Virus record (IMG/VR): IMGVR_UViG_3300020477_000031
Location: 1-56,349 of that record
Length of the DNA: 56,349 bases
Origin: a virus
Lineage: Duplodnaviria > Caudoviricetes
Reading direction: 5' to 3' (one strand)
This document shows positions 18,662 through 28,949 of the stretch, piece after piece. Numbering within the stretch: the first letter of the stretch is position 1; each line of letters opens with the position of its first letter. The notes beneath the pieces are model-generated. The model was not told the DNA's origin. It made no database searches and saw nothing but the letters and a program-made list of their open reading frames with translations. The translations under genes and the position numbers were made by a program.

Positions 18662-19837
18662 ATGTCTGATTTATTAAAAGAGGCTATTGCAGATGCTAAG
18701 GCTGTTCGTGAAACTGCATTGAAAAATGCAAAGATAGCGTTAGAAGAAGCATTTACGCCAAAAATTAAATCTATGTTGTCTGCCAAACTTCGTGAAGAAG
18801 AACCTTTTGAAGACGAAGAGGAATTTGGTGGAGAAGAGGAAATTCCTGCTGAAGAACCTGTTGCTGAAATACCTGCAGCAGAACCTGAATTGGAAGTTCC
18901 TGGTGAAGAAGTTCCTGAAGATGAAGTTGAAGAAAACATCATTGAACTTAATGGTCAATCTTTTCGTTTAGTTCCAGTTATGTCTGAAGAAGAAGATGAA
19001 TTTGGTGGGGAAGAAGAACTTCCTGCTGAAGAACCTTTTGAAGACGAAGAAGATGAACTGGATCTTGAATCTGTGATAAAAGAGCTTGAAGGTGAAATCG
19101 AAGAAGGTGAAGAAGAAGTTGATGAAGGTGCCGAAGTACCTGGAGATGGTCACGAAAAAAATGTTGAAGGTGATGAAAAACCTGAACATGTTGGCGGATC
19201 AATTGAAGGTGGTGGACCACTGAAAGAACAAGAAGACGAAGACGAAGACGAAGACGAAAAAGTTTATGAAATTAATTTAAATGAACTAGAAGATGAAGAT
19301 GAAGAAGAAACTGTAGATGAACAATCTGATTCATCTGATATTGGTAACGGAGATAATGTAGTTGATGTTGCTGATGGCAGTGATGAAGAAGATCCTGGTA
19401 AAAATGAAGATAAACCACTTGATGGTAAACCATTTGACGGTGTCGGACCATTTAAAGAATCTTATCAATCTGTAGTAGCTAGTTTAAATGAACATAAAGA
19501 AGCTGTTAAGTTTTTGAAAGATAAACTTCATGAAGTGAATATTCTTAACGCAAAATTATTGTATACAAACAAGTTATTCAGAGAATTTGTGTTAGCTAAT
19601 GATGAAAAATATAGAATAGTAGAAACATTTGATAGAGCCCAAACGGTTCGTGAAATTAAATTAGTTTATACTACATTAGCTGAAAGTTATTCAAAAGCTC
19701 CAAATGTTAGTAAGAATAAACTTAAAGAATCAGCTAGTTCTAAATCTGGATCAACAAAACCTCAAAAGAAAATTATTTCTGAGGAATCAAATGTTGCAGA
19801 TAGATTTAAATTCTTGGCTGGTTTAGGAAAGAAATAA
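18662..19837 (+). CDS. prohead scaffolding/core protein (gp22-like)
   Basis: Very acidic, lies just upstream of the MCP; LLKEAIADAKAVRE N-terminus and LHEVNILNAKLLYTNKLF coiled coil. Confidence 0.85.
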   Translation: MSDLLKEAIADAKAVRETALKNAKIALEEAFTPKIKSMLSAKLREEEPFEDEEEFGGEEEIPAEEPVAEIPAAEPELEVPGEEVPEDEVEENIIELNGQSFRLVPVMSEEEDEFGGEEELPAEEPFEDEEDELDLESVIKELEGEIEEGEEEVDEGAEVPGDGHEKNVEGDEKPEHVGGSIEGGGPLKEQEDEDEDEDEKVYEINLNELEDEDEEETVDEQSDSSDIGNGDNVVDVADGSDEEDPGKNEDKPLDGKPFDGVGPFKESYQSVVASLNEHKEAVKFLKDKLHEVNILNAKLLYTNKLFREFVLANDEKYRIVETFDRAQTVREIKLVYTTLAESYSKAPNVSKNKLKESASSKSGSTKPQKKIISEESNVADRFKFLAGLGKK

Positions 19838-19870
19838 TTTTTAATTTTAAATTGTAAAGGAGATTAGATC

Positions 19871-21547
19871 ATGAGTGATACTAATTATATCAAAGACGCC
19901 CTATTGGATTCGGGGTATCATAGAAAACTTAAAGAAGAATCCAAAGGTCTCGTTAACAAATGGGATAAAACAGGACTATTAGAAGGATTAGACGGTAGTT
20001 ATGAAAAGTCTGGTATGGCTATTTTATTAGAAAATCAAGCCAAACAACTTTTAGATGAAGTGAATGCTACATCAACTACTGCAAATTCTGAAGAATGGTC
20101 TGGTGTTGCACTTCCATTAGTTAGACGAATATTTGCTGAAATATCTGCACAAGATTTTGTGTCAGTTCAACCAATGAATTTACCATCTGGTCTTGTATTT
20201 TATATGGACTTTAAATATGGATCAAATCGTGCTGGTGATGTAAATACTGAATCTATATATGGTACAACTGGTCCTAAATCACCATTTCAAGGTCAAGGTC
20301 AAACAGAAAATAGTTCTCCATTTCCTGAAGGTGGTTTCTATGGTGCTGGTCAGTATGGATATACACATGCTAGTGCATCTACACCAGCTCATGGTACTGG
20401 TGCTGCAGCTGCAACTTTAGCTCAGTTAGATTATGATTCTGATTATTCAGCATCTAATGCTGGTAATTTGACAGCAGTTACATTTGTTGGTCTGGCTACA
20501 GCTTCAAATGCTGATTTATCTTCAGTTAAAGCTTGGACATTCTATTCATCTTCAACAGCTGGTACTGATGATGGGTTATATACTAAATTAGGTACTGGTG
20601 GTGTAATACCACAATTTACTAAAGTATCTGGTAATGATGTAACTGTAGTCATTAAAGATACAGCTCAAGATCTTGTTGATACACCTGCAGATACGATAAA
20701 AACTACTGTTTGGTTTTTACAAACTCCACAATCACATGATCGTGGTGATTTTGAAGATAAGACTGGTGGTGGAATAAAAGGAACTGATATTGATATTCCT
20801 GAAGTAAGCCTTGACTTGAAATCAGATACCATAGTTGCTAAAACTCGTAAGTTAAAAGCTGTATGGACACCTGAACTAGCTCAAGATTTAAATGCTTATC
20901 ATTCAATTGACGCTGAAGCAGAATTAACAGCAATGTTATCTGAATACATTTCAATGGAAATCGATTTAGAAATCCTTGATATGATATCAAAAGATGCAGT
21001 TACTGTTGATTATTGGTCAGCTAAAGTTGGATTCCAATGGGATGGAACATCAGCATTTACTGATAATAGTGGTCAAGCTTCATTAGCTTACACAATTAAT
21101 GAATGGTGGCAAACACTTGGAAATAAAATCCAAAAAATGTCAAATAAAATTCATCAATTAACACTTCGTGGTGGTGCTAACTTCTTAGTTTGTTCTCCAC
21201 AAGTTGCTACTATTCTTGAATCAATTCCTGGATATAATGTAACAACAGATGGTACACAATCCCAATTCGCTATGGGCGTACAAAAAATAGGTAATCTACA
21301 AAATAGATGGACTGTATATAAAAATCCATATATGACAAGTAATGAAATTCTTGTCGGATTTAGAGGTAATAATTTCTTAGAAACTGGTGCGGTATACGCT
21401 CCATATGTTCCATTGATTATGACTCCTCTTGTATATGATCCAGATAACTTCACTCCAAGAAAAGGTGTGATGACAAGATACGCTAAGAAAATGGTTCGTC
21501 CTGAATTTTATGGTAAAATATATGTACACGGTATTGAAACTGTATAA
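19871..21547 (+). CDS. major capsid protein (T4 gp23-like)
   Basis: LLENQ, VQPMNLPSGLVF, AKTRKLKAVWTPELAQDLNAYHSIDAEAEL, YAPYVPL, FTPRKGVMTRYA. Confidence 0.97.
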   Translation: MSDTNYIKDALLDSGYHRKLKEESKGLVNKWDKTGLLEGLDGSYEKSGMAILLENQAKQLLDEVNATSTTANSEEWSGVALPLVRRIFAEISAQDFVSVQPMNLPSGLVFYMDFKYGSNRAGDVNTESIYGTTGPKSPFQGQGQTENSSPFPEGGFYGAGQYGYTHASASTPAHGTGAAAATLAQLDYDSDYSASNAGNLTAVTFVGLATASNADLSSVKAWTFYSSSTAGTDDGLYTKLGTGGVIPQFTKVSGNDVTVVIKDTAQDLVDTPADTIKTTVWFLQTPQSHDRGDFEDKTGGGIKGTDIDIPEVSLDLKSDTIVAKTRKLKAVWTPELAQDLNAYHSIDAEAELTAMLSEYISMEIDLEILDMISKDAVTVDYWSAKVGFQWDGTSAFTDNSGQASLAYTINEWWQTLGNKIQKMSNKIHQLTLRGGANFLVCSPQVATILESIPGYNVTTDGTQSQFAMGVQKIGNLQNRWTVYKNPYMTSNEILVGFRGNNFLETGAVYAPYVPLIMTPLVYDPDNFTPRKGVMTRYAKKMVRPEFYGKIYVHGIETV

Positions 21548-21587
21548 CTATAAATCATAAATAATAAAGGGTTAAACCTTAAATAAG

Positions 21588-21619
21588 AAAAAGAGCTATC
21601 AAATGATAGCTCTTTTTTT
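21588..21619 (+). terminator. intrinsic terminator after MCP
   Basis: AAAAAGAGCTATC-AAAT-GATAGCTCTTTTTTT hairpin with U tract. Confidence 0.9.
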
Positions 21620-21666
21620 ATATGTATGATATTTATAATCGGTAAGTACTATTTTTGGAGAATTTA

Positions 21667-22857
21667 ATGGCAGATAAATTTCAATACACATATTCAGATC
21701 CTACGATAAGCACTAATGCATCTGGTTCTACACCATATGGTATATACGATTCAGATTCAACATTTGCTACTGAAAGTATTAATGTGTGTAAATTTGTTGC
21801 TAGGAGATTAGGACATCCTGTAATGCAACTTGAATTTGATTCAGGTTCAATTTATGCTATGTTTGAAGAATCTGTATCAGAATATTCATTACATGTTAAT
21901 AATTATAATATAAAGAATTGGATGTGGAATCAATATGGTTCTGATGCTAAAATAACTGGATCTCTTGGTACTGGTACTTTACAAACACAGCATCCTAATA
22001 TGGGTACAAGTATAGTTTTATCGGAACAATACGGACAAGCTGCTGTAATAGGTGGTAATGTTAATTTGTATAGTGGATCTATCACTTTGTCAAAGGATGT
22101 ACAAGAATATAATTTACAAGAAATTTATAGTTCATCACTGGCAACTGCTGGTAGTGAAAATAAAAGAATTTCTGTACAAAGGGTTTATAACTATGGACCT
22201 TCAGCTATAACACGATTTTATGATCCATTTGTTGGTGCTTATGATCAAAGAATGATGTTGGATGAATTTGGTATGTCTTCATACGCACCAGCAGCTACAT
22301 TTATGATGAGTCCAATTTATTATGATATTTTAAGGGCTAATTCTATAGAAACTAGTGATAAAATAAGAAGATCTAATTATTCTTTTGAAATAAATAATAA
22401 TAAAGTTAAAATATTTCCACGACCAAGTGATAACGATGATGGTTTAAAAGTATGGTTTGAATATCAAATTAAAGATGAATTAAATTCTACTACTAGGGAC
22501 TATACATCAAATGGTATTTCTGATCCAAGTAATGTACCTTATAAATTTATTGAATATCAAAGTATTAATGCACCAGGTCGTCAATGGATACGTAAATATA
22601 CACTGGCATTATCAAAAGAATTATTGGGTATTATCAGAAGTAAATATGCGTCTATGCCAATCCCTAATGGCGATGTAACACTTGATGGTGAAGGTTTGAA
22701 GGCCGAAGGGAGAGAAGAAAAACAACAATTGTTAGATGAATTAAAAGAATTTTTAGAATCTGTTTCATTAACAGAAAAAACGAAGGCTGAAGCGGAAGAA
22801 GCTGAAGCAAATCAACAAGTATTAAATAAGGCACCACTAAACATTTATATAGGATAA
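21667..22857 (+). CDS. neck protein / head-tail adaptor (gp13-like)
   Basis: RRLGHPVMQLE, WIRKYTLALSKELLGIIRSKY, PNGDVTLDG, ends IYIG; ATG at 21667 has a GGAG SD. Confidence 0.85.
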   Translation: MADKFQYTYSDPTISTNASGSTPYGIYDSDSTFATESINVCKFVARRLGHPVMQLEFDSGSIYAMFEESVSEYSLHVNNYNIKNWMWNQYGSDAKITGSLGTGTLQTQHPNMGTSIVLSEQYGQAAVIGGNVNLYSGSITLSKDVQEYNLQEIYSSSLATAGSENKRISVQRVYNYGPSAITRFYDPFVGAYDQRMMLDEFGMSSYAPAATFMMSPIYYDILRANSIETSDKIRRSNYSFEINNNKVKIFPRPSDNDDGLKVWFEYQIKDELNSTTRDYTSNGISDPSNVPYKFIEYQSINAPGRQWIRKYTLALSKELLGIIRSKYASMPIPNGDVTLDGEGLKAEGREEKQQLLDELKEFLESVSLTEKTKAEAEEAEANQQVLNKAPLNIYIG

Positions 22858-22861
22858 CATT

Positions 22862-23332
22862 ATGGCAACTAAACCATTTTTTGTACCAAGTAAAGAAGTA
22901 AGTTTTATTGATTCTGTAAATGAAGAATTGATTGATGCGGTTGTTGGCCAATCAGTTGATATTTATAAAGTATCTTTAGATGAAACTAATTCTAATATTT
23001 ATGGTGAAGCTGCAGATGGTATCAAAACATTCGAAAAAGGATTTAGAGTTAATTGCTTGATACAATTTAATGCACCTGAAACATTACAAGATGAATTCGG
23101 GCCAGATACAAATTCAAGTATTGAATTATTTTTTCATAGAAATTCCTTGAGTGGTTCTAATTTTTATCCTGAAATTGGTGATATAGTGGATTGGAATGAT
23201 TTCTATTGGGAAATGAATTCTGTTACAGAACCACAATTAATAAGTGGTCATTATGATTATAAACATCAAGTAGTAGCAACAGCGCATAGAACTAGATTGT
23301 CTAATGTTAATTTTGAACAAAGGGTGATGTAA
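22862..23332 (+). CDS. neck/head closure protein (gp14-like)
   Basis: NIYGE, YPEIGDIV; follows the gp13-like gene. Confidence 0.75.
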   Translation: MATKPFFVPSKEVSFIDSVNEELIDAVVGQSVDIYKVSLDETNSNIYGEAADGIKTFEKGFRVNCLIQFNAPETLQDEFGPDTNSSIELFFHRNSLSGSNFYPEIGDIVDWNDFYWEMNSVTEPQLISGHYDYKHQVVATAHRTRLSNVNFEQRVM

Positions 23333-23333
23333 T

Positions 23334-23675
23334 ATGTCAGTTAAACCTTTAAAAGTTGGGAAAAGTTTTTTTATACAAAGTAATTTGAAAAAACAAGTTA
23401 ATAAACCAGTTCATAAAGTTGAAAAAATACAAGAACAAAAAAATCAAAGCATTGATATAAATGACTTGATGGGGAAATTAATCAATAAAATAGATAATAT
23501 ACCAACTAATGTTTATGGTGAAAATTATAAAAAGACTGATGTGATAGATGTTGATATTAAAAAACAAATTTTGATAGATAAAGTTGATAAAAATGCAGTT
23601 AAGTCACAAGTATTTGAAGGTAAAGTTAATAATAAAGTTGATAAACTAAGAAACCTAAGAAGAAGGAATAAATAA
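23334..23675 (+). CDS. hypothetical protein, paralog of 15755..16108
   Basis: C-terminal IDVDIKKQILI...KLRNLRR. Confidence 0.6.
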   Translation: MSVKPLKVGKSFFIQSNLKKQVNKPVHKVEKIQEQKNQSIDINDLMGKLINKIDNIPTNVYGENYKKTDVIDVDIKKQILIDKVDKNAVKSQVFEGKVNNKVDKLRNLRRRNK

Positions 23676-24544
23676 TGTCAGTTAAAGAAATAAAAACAGG
23701 AATAAAAGAACCTATAATTCCAGGTCCAAATCAAGTTGATTCTGTTAATAGAGCTGAACAAGTATCGAGAAAGAATTATAAAAATAGAAGTGGTAATAGA
23801 GAATCTACAGTAACACCTGGACTTAATTTTTCAACAGATAATGAAATAAATATAAAGGATTTGGATACAGTCGTTATCAGTCATATGAAAAATATAATGA
23901 AAATAAAAATTAATATTAACAATGAAATGGTTGATTTACCAATTTTATATGGTAATGAAGAAAGATGGGCATCAGCCAGAAAAAATGGTTTGTTGCGAGA
24001 TAAAAATGGATCTTTAATTTTACCACTATTGATGTTGAAAAGAACTGTAGTGGAATTTAATGAAGAAATACCATCTTATAAACATGATTTGACTAATGAA
24101 TTTGTACAAGTTGTTAGGTCTTCATCATATTCTCAAGATAATATATATTCCAATTTTAATTTACAACAAGGTATAAGTCCTGTTAATGATGTAGTTGTTA
24201 CTGGTTTACCTCAACATGTGATATGTAATTATGAATTTATAATATGGACACAATATATAGAACAGATGAATAATATAATGGAAGAATTTATAAGTCAACA
24301 TGGTGTTTATTGGGGAGATAAAACATCTTATAGATTTTTGTGTAGTGTTGATGGTGGGTTGAATGATGCATCTGAGATAGATCAAGCGGGTGATAGAGCG
24401 GTTAAAACTAATTTTAATTTATCGTTGAAGGGATATTTATTGCCAAGAATTATTAAAAATGTTGTTGAAAAGAAAAGGTTTAATGCCCGTAAATTTTCTA
24501 CACCAAAAAAGATTGTTTTTGAAGAAAAAATTGAACTTTCGTAA
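23675..24544 (+). CDS. tail terminator / sheath stabilizer (gp15-like)
   Basis: LPILYGNEERW, LPLLML.R, YEFIIWT.YIEQMN.I.E, LKGYLLP. Confidence 0.8.
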   Translation: MSVKEIKTGIKEPIIPGPNQVDSVNRAEQVSRKNYKNRSGNRESTVTPGLNFSTDNEINIKDLDTVVISHMKNIMKIKININNEMVDLPILYGNEERWASARKNGLLRDKNGSLILPLLMLKRTVVEFNEEIPSYKHDLTNEFVQVVRSSSYSQDNIYSNFNLQQGISPVNDVVVTGLPQHVICNYEFIIWTQYIEQMNNIMEEFISQHGVYWGDKTSYRFLCSVDGGLNDASEIDQAGDRAVKTNFNLSLKGYLLPRIIKNVVEKKRFNARKFSTPKKIVFEEKIELS

Positions 24545-24595
24545 AATAAGTATATATTTATATATGATTATTAGTATAAGTTACAGGAGGTTATA

Positions 24596-24868
24596 ATGTC
24601 AGAAGAAATAAAATTCACTGATAAAGAAGTGGAATCTTTGAAGGAATTACAAAAAAATTATTTGAAGATTCAAAATGAATTTGGTCAAATAACAATTACT
24701 AGAGTTAATTTAAAAAAACAATTAGAAGAATTAGATAAAATAGAAACTGAAAAACAACAGGAATTTGAAAATATTCAAAATAATGAAAGAGATATCGTAG
24801 ATGAACTTACGAAAAAATATGGACAAGGAACTCTTGACCCATCCACAGGAATTTTCACAAAAAAATAG
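24596..24868 (+). CDS. small coiled-coil protein
   Basis: GGAGG SD; ends KYGQGTLDPSTGIF. Confidence 0.7.
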   Translation: MSEEIKFTDKEVESLKELQKNYLKIQNEFGQITITRVNLKKQLEELDKIETEKQQEFENIQNNERDIVDELTKKYGQGTLDPSTGIFTKK

Positions 24869-24952
24869 ATCATATCTATTATAATTGTAATTGTTTGACA
24901 GTAACATTTGATATTTATTAATGTATAAAATTAAATATTTAGGAGAAATAAT

Positions 24953-27319
24953 ATGGCAGAAAGAATAGTAAGCCCAGGTGTATTTACTAATGAAATTGAT
25001 GTCTCGTTCCTACCTGCAGCTATATCAGAGCTGGGAGCAGCATTAATTGGTGTATGTGATAGGGGACCAGCATTCACACCAACACAAGTAGAAAGTTTTG
25101 CAGATTTTGAAGTGAAATTTGGTTCAGTTAATAAAGATCTTTATTTGCCATATGCAGCTAAAAGTTATTTAAAAAATTCTGGTACAGCTACAATTGTTAG
25201 AGTACTTGGTACTCAAGGGTATACAGTAAAACATGGTATACAATTAGCTGTTACTGAAAGTAGTGGTGATACAATTTTATGTTCTTTATACCCACAAAAA
25301 AATACAGCACAAACTGAATTTGATTTAGCCGCTGTTGTTACTGAATCTGCTACAGGTGATAGTTTGAATCAAGTTGGTAGTTTTGTTGTTGATTGGGTTG
25401 GTGATGGTAGTAATTTATCACCTACTATGTCTTTGAATAGTGCTGACAGTAATTATGTATTAGATGTATTGGGTGGATCTCCTAATACAGCTTACGCAAC
25501 TAATGTACCTGCATATGTTCATGCTATATGGAAAGAATCCGCAGATAGTTTTAATAAAACTGGATCTATATCTTTTTATACTGGTAGTGCTTCTAGTATA
25601 ACATATGGTACAAGTACTAATGGGTATGCAGCTGCTCAAACACCAATGATAACTGGTCCTCAGGCTGGTTCGGGTGATGCTGTTGAATTATTTAGATTTA
25701 AAACATTATCTGATGGTGACGCATCTAATCAATTTATAAAAGTTGGTATATCTAATATCAGAGGAGCTGCTGATGTTGCTGGTTCTGATTTTGGATCTTT
25801 TGATGTTATTGTTAGAACATTTGATGATACTGATAAGAAAGCTAATGTATTAGAAACATTTACGGCTTGTAATTTAGATGCATCTTCACCTAATTATGTT
25901 GTTAGGAAAATTGGTGATATGGTAAGTGCTTATGATTTTACTACATCTAAAGTTAATGTTACTGGTGATTATGAAGTTAAATCGAAGTATATAAGAGTAA
26001 CAGATGTAAATGATCAAATAAAAAATGGTATAATTGGTGAAACTCTAAATCCATTTGGATTTAAAGGGTATGCAGCACCTATTAATTCTGGTTCAGATCC
26101 AAATGCAACTGAAATGGCAAGCTTAGTCACAAGAAATATACCTGATATGCCTTATTTATTAAATCAATCTGGTAGTGATTCTACATTTAATTCTAAATAT
26201 TATCACGGTGTAGCTTTTGATAGTTCATCTAGAAAAAATGATATTTATCCATATTTAAATGCGACTGTAGATACGACACATTTAAGTAGTTCAAATTTTG
26301 CATTGGATACACATGTTGGATTAACTATCAATTCATCACTTAATAATAAGAAATTTATTATGGGATTCCAAGGCGGATTTGATGGTTGGGATCCAAGATA
26401 TAATGGTGGAGCTTATCATGGTTTAGGAAAGGCTAATCCAGCAAATACAAATGATAATTCTGATAATGATATAACATCTTGGAAAAATGCTATAGCTACT
26501 GTTTCTAATCCTGATGAAATTGATATTAATATGTTGGTGATGCCAGGTATAACAATTAAGAATCACGGAAAAGTTTATACTAACGCTCGTGATATGGTTG
26601 AAGATAGAGGTGATACATTCTTGGTGGTTGATCCAGGTGGATATACTAACACTTTAGCTGAAGTAAAAGATGCGGTATCAACTGAAGATACAAATTATGT
26701 AGCAACTTATTATCCATGGGTTAAGATTCGTGATGAAATAAGTGACTTAAATGTTTGGGTACCTCCTTCTGTTGTATTACCAGGTATAATTGCTTATACA
26801 GATAAAGTATCACATCCATGGTTTGCACCAGCTGGTTTAAATCGTGGTGGATTGACTGAAGCACTTATGGCAAAAGAGAGACTGACTCATGATGAAAGAG
26901 ATACACTTTATGAAGGCAGAGTTAATCCAATTGCATCATTCCCAGGTGAAGGTGTGGTAGTTTGGGGTCAAAAGACTTTACAAACTAAACCATCGGCACT
27001 TGATAGAGTGAATGTAAGACGATTATTGATAGCTTTAAAGAAATTTGTAGCTTCAACATCAAGATTCTTGGTATTTGAACAAAATAATTCATCATTGAGA
27101 AATAGATTTTTAAATATTGTTAATCCATATTTGGAAACTGTACAATCTCAAAGTGGATTGAATGCATTCAGAGTTGTAATGGATGATTCTAATAATACAC
27201 CAGATGTGGTTGATAGAAATGAATTGAAGGGTCAATTATTTATTCAACCAACTAAAACAGCTGAATTTATTGTATTAGACTTTATCGTACAACCAACTGG
27301 AGCTTCATTCCCTGAATAA
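24953..27319 (+). CDS. contractile tail sheath (gp18-like)
   Basis: SPGVFTNEID, YYPWV, PWFAPAGLNRG, LYEGRVNPI, WGQKTL, RVNVRRL, FEQN, P.KTAEFI. Confidence 0.96.
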   Translation: MAERIVSPGVFTNEIDVSFLPAAISELGAALIGVCDRGPAFTPTQVESFADFEVKFGSVNKDLYLPYAAKSYLKNSGTATIVRVLGTQGYTVKHGIQLAVTESSGDTILCSLYPQKNTAQTEFDLAAVVTESATGDSLNQVGSFVVDWVGDGSNLSPTMSLNSADSNYVLDVLGGSPNTAYATNVPAYVHAIWKESADSFNKTGSISFYTGSASSITYGTSTNGYAAAQTPMITGPQAGSGDAVELFRFKTLSDGDASNQFIKVGISNIRGAADVAGSDFGSFDVIVRTFDDTDKKANVLETFTACNLDASSPNYVVRKIGDMVSAYDFTTSKVNVTGDYEVKSKYIRVTDVNDQIKNGIIGETLNPFGFKGYAAPINSGSDPNATEMASLVTRNIPDMPYLLNQSGSDSTFNSKYYHGVAFDSSSRKNDIYPYLNATVDTTHLSSSNFALDTHVGLTINSSLNNKKFIMGFQGGFDGWDPRYNGGAYHGLGKANPANTNDNSDNDITSWKNAIATVSNPDEIDINMLVMPGITIKNHGKVYTNARDMVEDRGDTFLVVDPGGYTNTLAEVKDAVSTEDTNYVATYYPWVKIRDEISDLNVWVPPSVVLPGIIAYTDKVSHPWFAPAGLNRGGLTEALMAKERLTHDERDTLYEGRVNPIASFPGEGVVVWGQKTLQTKPSALDRVNVRRLLIALKKFVASTSRFLVFEQNNSSLRNRFLNIVNPYLETVQSQSGLNAFRVVMDDSNNTPDVVDRNELKGQLFIQPTKTAEFIVLDFIVQPTGASFPE

Positions 27320-27410
27320 TAATTGAATGAAATATTGAATTTTTTTTATTATATTTATATTTATAGATATGAAAGTATAAATGTAATTAATCATAAACGG
27401 GAGATATATA

Positions 27411-27899
27411 ATGGCAACATTGATTGATGCTAATGATGCGATGTTTACTCCATTTGAGCCGAAATTAAAAAATCGGTATATAATGTTGATAGATGGCATA
27501 CCATCTTATTTAGTGAAGGCTACTCAAAGACCTACTATTAATTTCGAAGAAGTTGAACTTCATCACATGAATGTTAGGCGATATATAAAGGGTAAAGGTA
27601 ATTGGGATCCTATTACTGTAACATTGTATGATCCAGTTGTTCCTTCAGCTGCTCAAGCAGTTATGGAATGGGTTAGATTATCTCACGAATCAGTAACTGG
27701 TCGTGATGGATATGCTGATTTTTACAAGAAGGATATTTCATTTCAAGTGTTAGGACCTGTCGGTGATATAATAGAAAGTTGGAAATTAAAAGGTACTTGG
27801 GTACAAAATGCTACATTTGGTGATTTGGCTTTTGAAGATAGTACTCCTGTTGAAATTACTGCAACTTTACGATATGATTACGCTATATTAGAATTTTAA
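27411..27899 (+). CDS. tail tube protein (gp19-like)
   Basis: EPKLKNRY, W.PITVTLYD, YKKDI, W.LKG.W, LRYDY; follows the sheath gene. Confidence 0.92.
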   Translation: MATLIDANDAMFTPFEPKLKNRYIMLIDGIPSYLVKATQRPTINFEEVELHHMNVRRYIKGKGNWDPITVTLYDPVVPSAAQAVMEWVRLSHESVTGRDGYADFYKKDISFQVLGPVGDIIESWKLKGTWVQNATFGDLAFEDSTPVEITATLRYDYAILEF

Positions 27900-27922
27900 T
27901 ACACTCACATATCACATCACGC

Positions 27923-27957
27923 AAAAAAAGGACTTATTTATTAGGTCCTTTTTTTTT
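27923..27957 (+). terminator. intrinsic terminator after tail tube
   Basis: AAAAAAAGGACTTA-TTTAT-TAGGTCCTTTTTTTTT. Confidence 0.88.
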
Positions 27958-27995
27958 ATTTGGTATATTTATATATATGAAATTGGAGAAAGAAT

Positions 27996-28256
27996 ATGTC
28001 AATAGATAAGAAAATACCAACTGGACCTGATATTTATGGTGGCGGTGATGGATTACCAGATTGGATGCAATTTACAATAACAGCTGGTATGTTTGGATTA
28101 TTGGTATGGATACTATACTTACTATTTCACCCAACATTACAACTTGACGATACACACAGAGATTTACTGAATATTTTATTGGGTAGTTTTATAGCTTCAT
28201 TTGGTAAATGTATAGATTTTTGGTTTAGGCATTCAAAGAAAAAAGAGAGTAAATAA
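27996..28256 (+). CDS. holin (two TM helices)
   Basis: Two hydrophobic helices and a basic C-terminus; TAATG-coupled to the endolysin. Confidence 0.75.
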   Translation: MSIDKKIPTGPDIYGGGDGLPDWMQFTITAGMFGLLVWILYLLFHPTLQLDDTHRDLLNILLGSFIASFGKCIDFWFRHSKKKESK

Positions 28257-28738
28257 TGTTAACAAAATTTGATGATATAATAGATATAGTTATAAAACAC
28301 GAAGGTGGATACGTAAATGATCCAACTGATTTGGGCGGAGAAACTAAATACGGTATTACAAAAAGATTTTATCCGGATATTGATATAAAAAATTTAACAA
28401 AAGAACAGGCTAAGAAAATTTACTATGATGATTATTGGGTAAAGAATAAAGTACCTCAGATGCCTGATAATCTGAAACACATATATTTTGATATGTGTAT
28501 CAATCAAGGAAAAGGTACAGCAGTAAAAGTGTTGCAACGAGCTGTTAATTCAAAAGGTGGTAATTTGAAAGTGGATGGTGGATTAGGACCAATGACAATT
28601 GAATCGATCAATAAATACAAACCTTGTGATAATAGAACTCGTTGTTATAGATTAAAACACTATTACGATTTAGTTAATAAAAAGCCCGAACAAGAAAAAT
28701 TCTTATTTGGATGGTTTCGTAGGGCATTAGAAGTATAG
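28256..28738 (+). CDS. endolysin, glycoside hydrolase family 108 with PG-binding domain
   Basis: HEGGYVNDPTDLGGETKYGIT, LQRAV, VDGGLGPMT, FLFGWFRR. Confidence 0.93.
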   Translation: MLTKFDDIIDIVIKHEGGYVNDPTDLGGETKYGITKRFYPDIDIKNLTKEQAKKIYYDDYWVKNKVPQMPDNLKHIYFDMCINQGKGTAVKVLQRAVNSKGGNLKVDGGLGPMTIESINKYKPCDNRTRCYRLKHYYDLVNKKPEQEKFLFGWFRRALEV

Positions 28739-28750
28739 GAGAAAAAAGTT

Positions 28751-28930
28751 ATGAGTACTACAGAGTTATATAACGAAATTAATGATTTATTTGAAACATT
28801 TCAAGAAAACCATAGAAGTTTTACAGAAAAAGGCAATAAAGCTGCCGGTGGTAGAGCTAGAAAATCTATTGGTGAAATAAAGAAATTAGTTACTGATTAT
28901 AGGAAAGCTTCTGTTTCTGAATCAAAATAG
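28751..28930 (+). CDS. Hc1-like 'histone H1' small protein (not in ORF track)
   Basis: MSTTELYNEINDLFETFQENHRSFTEKGNKAAGGRARKSIGEIKKLVTDYRKASVSESK*; KGNKAAG.RARK signature; AGGAG SD. Confidence 0.8.
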   Translation: MSTTELYNEINDLFETFQENHRSFTEKGNKAAGGRARKSIGEIKKLVTDYRKASVSESK

Positions 28931-28949
28931 TTAATTAAAGGAGGTTTCA

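Noticed and set aside
18794-19270. GAAGAA/GAAGAC repeats and the duplicated EEPFEDEE/EFGGEEE blocks
   Set aside because: These are coding low-complexity sequence of an acidic scaffold protein, not an independent element.
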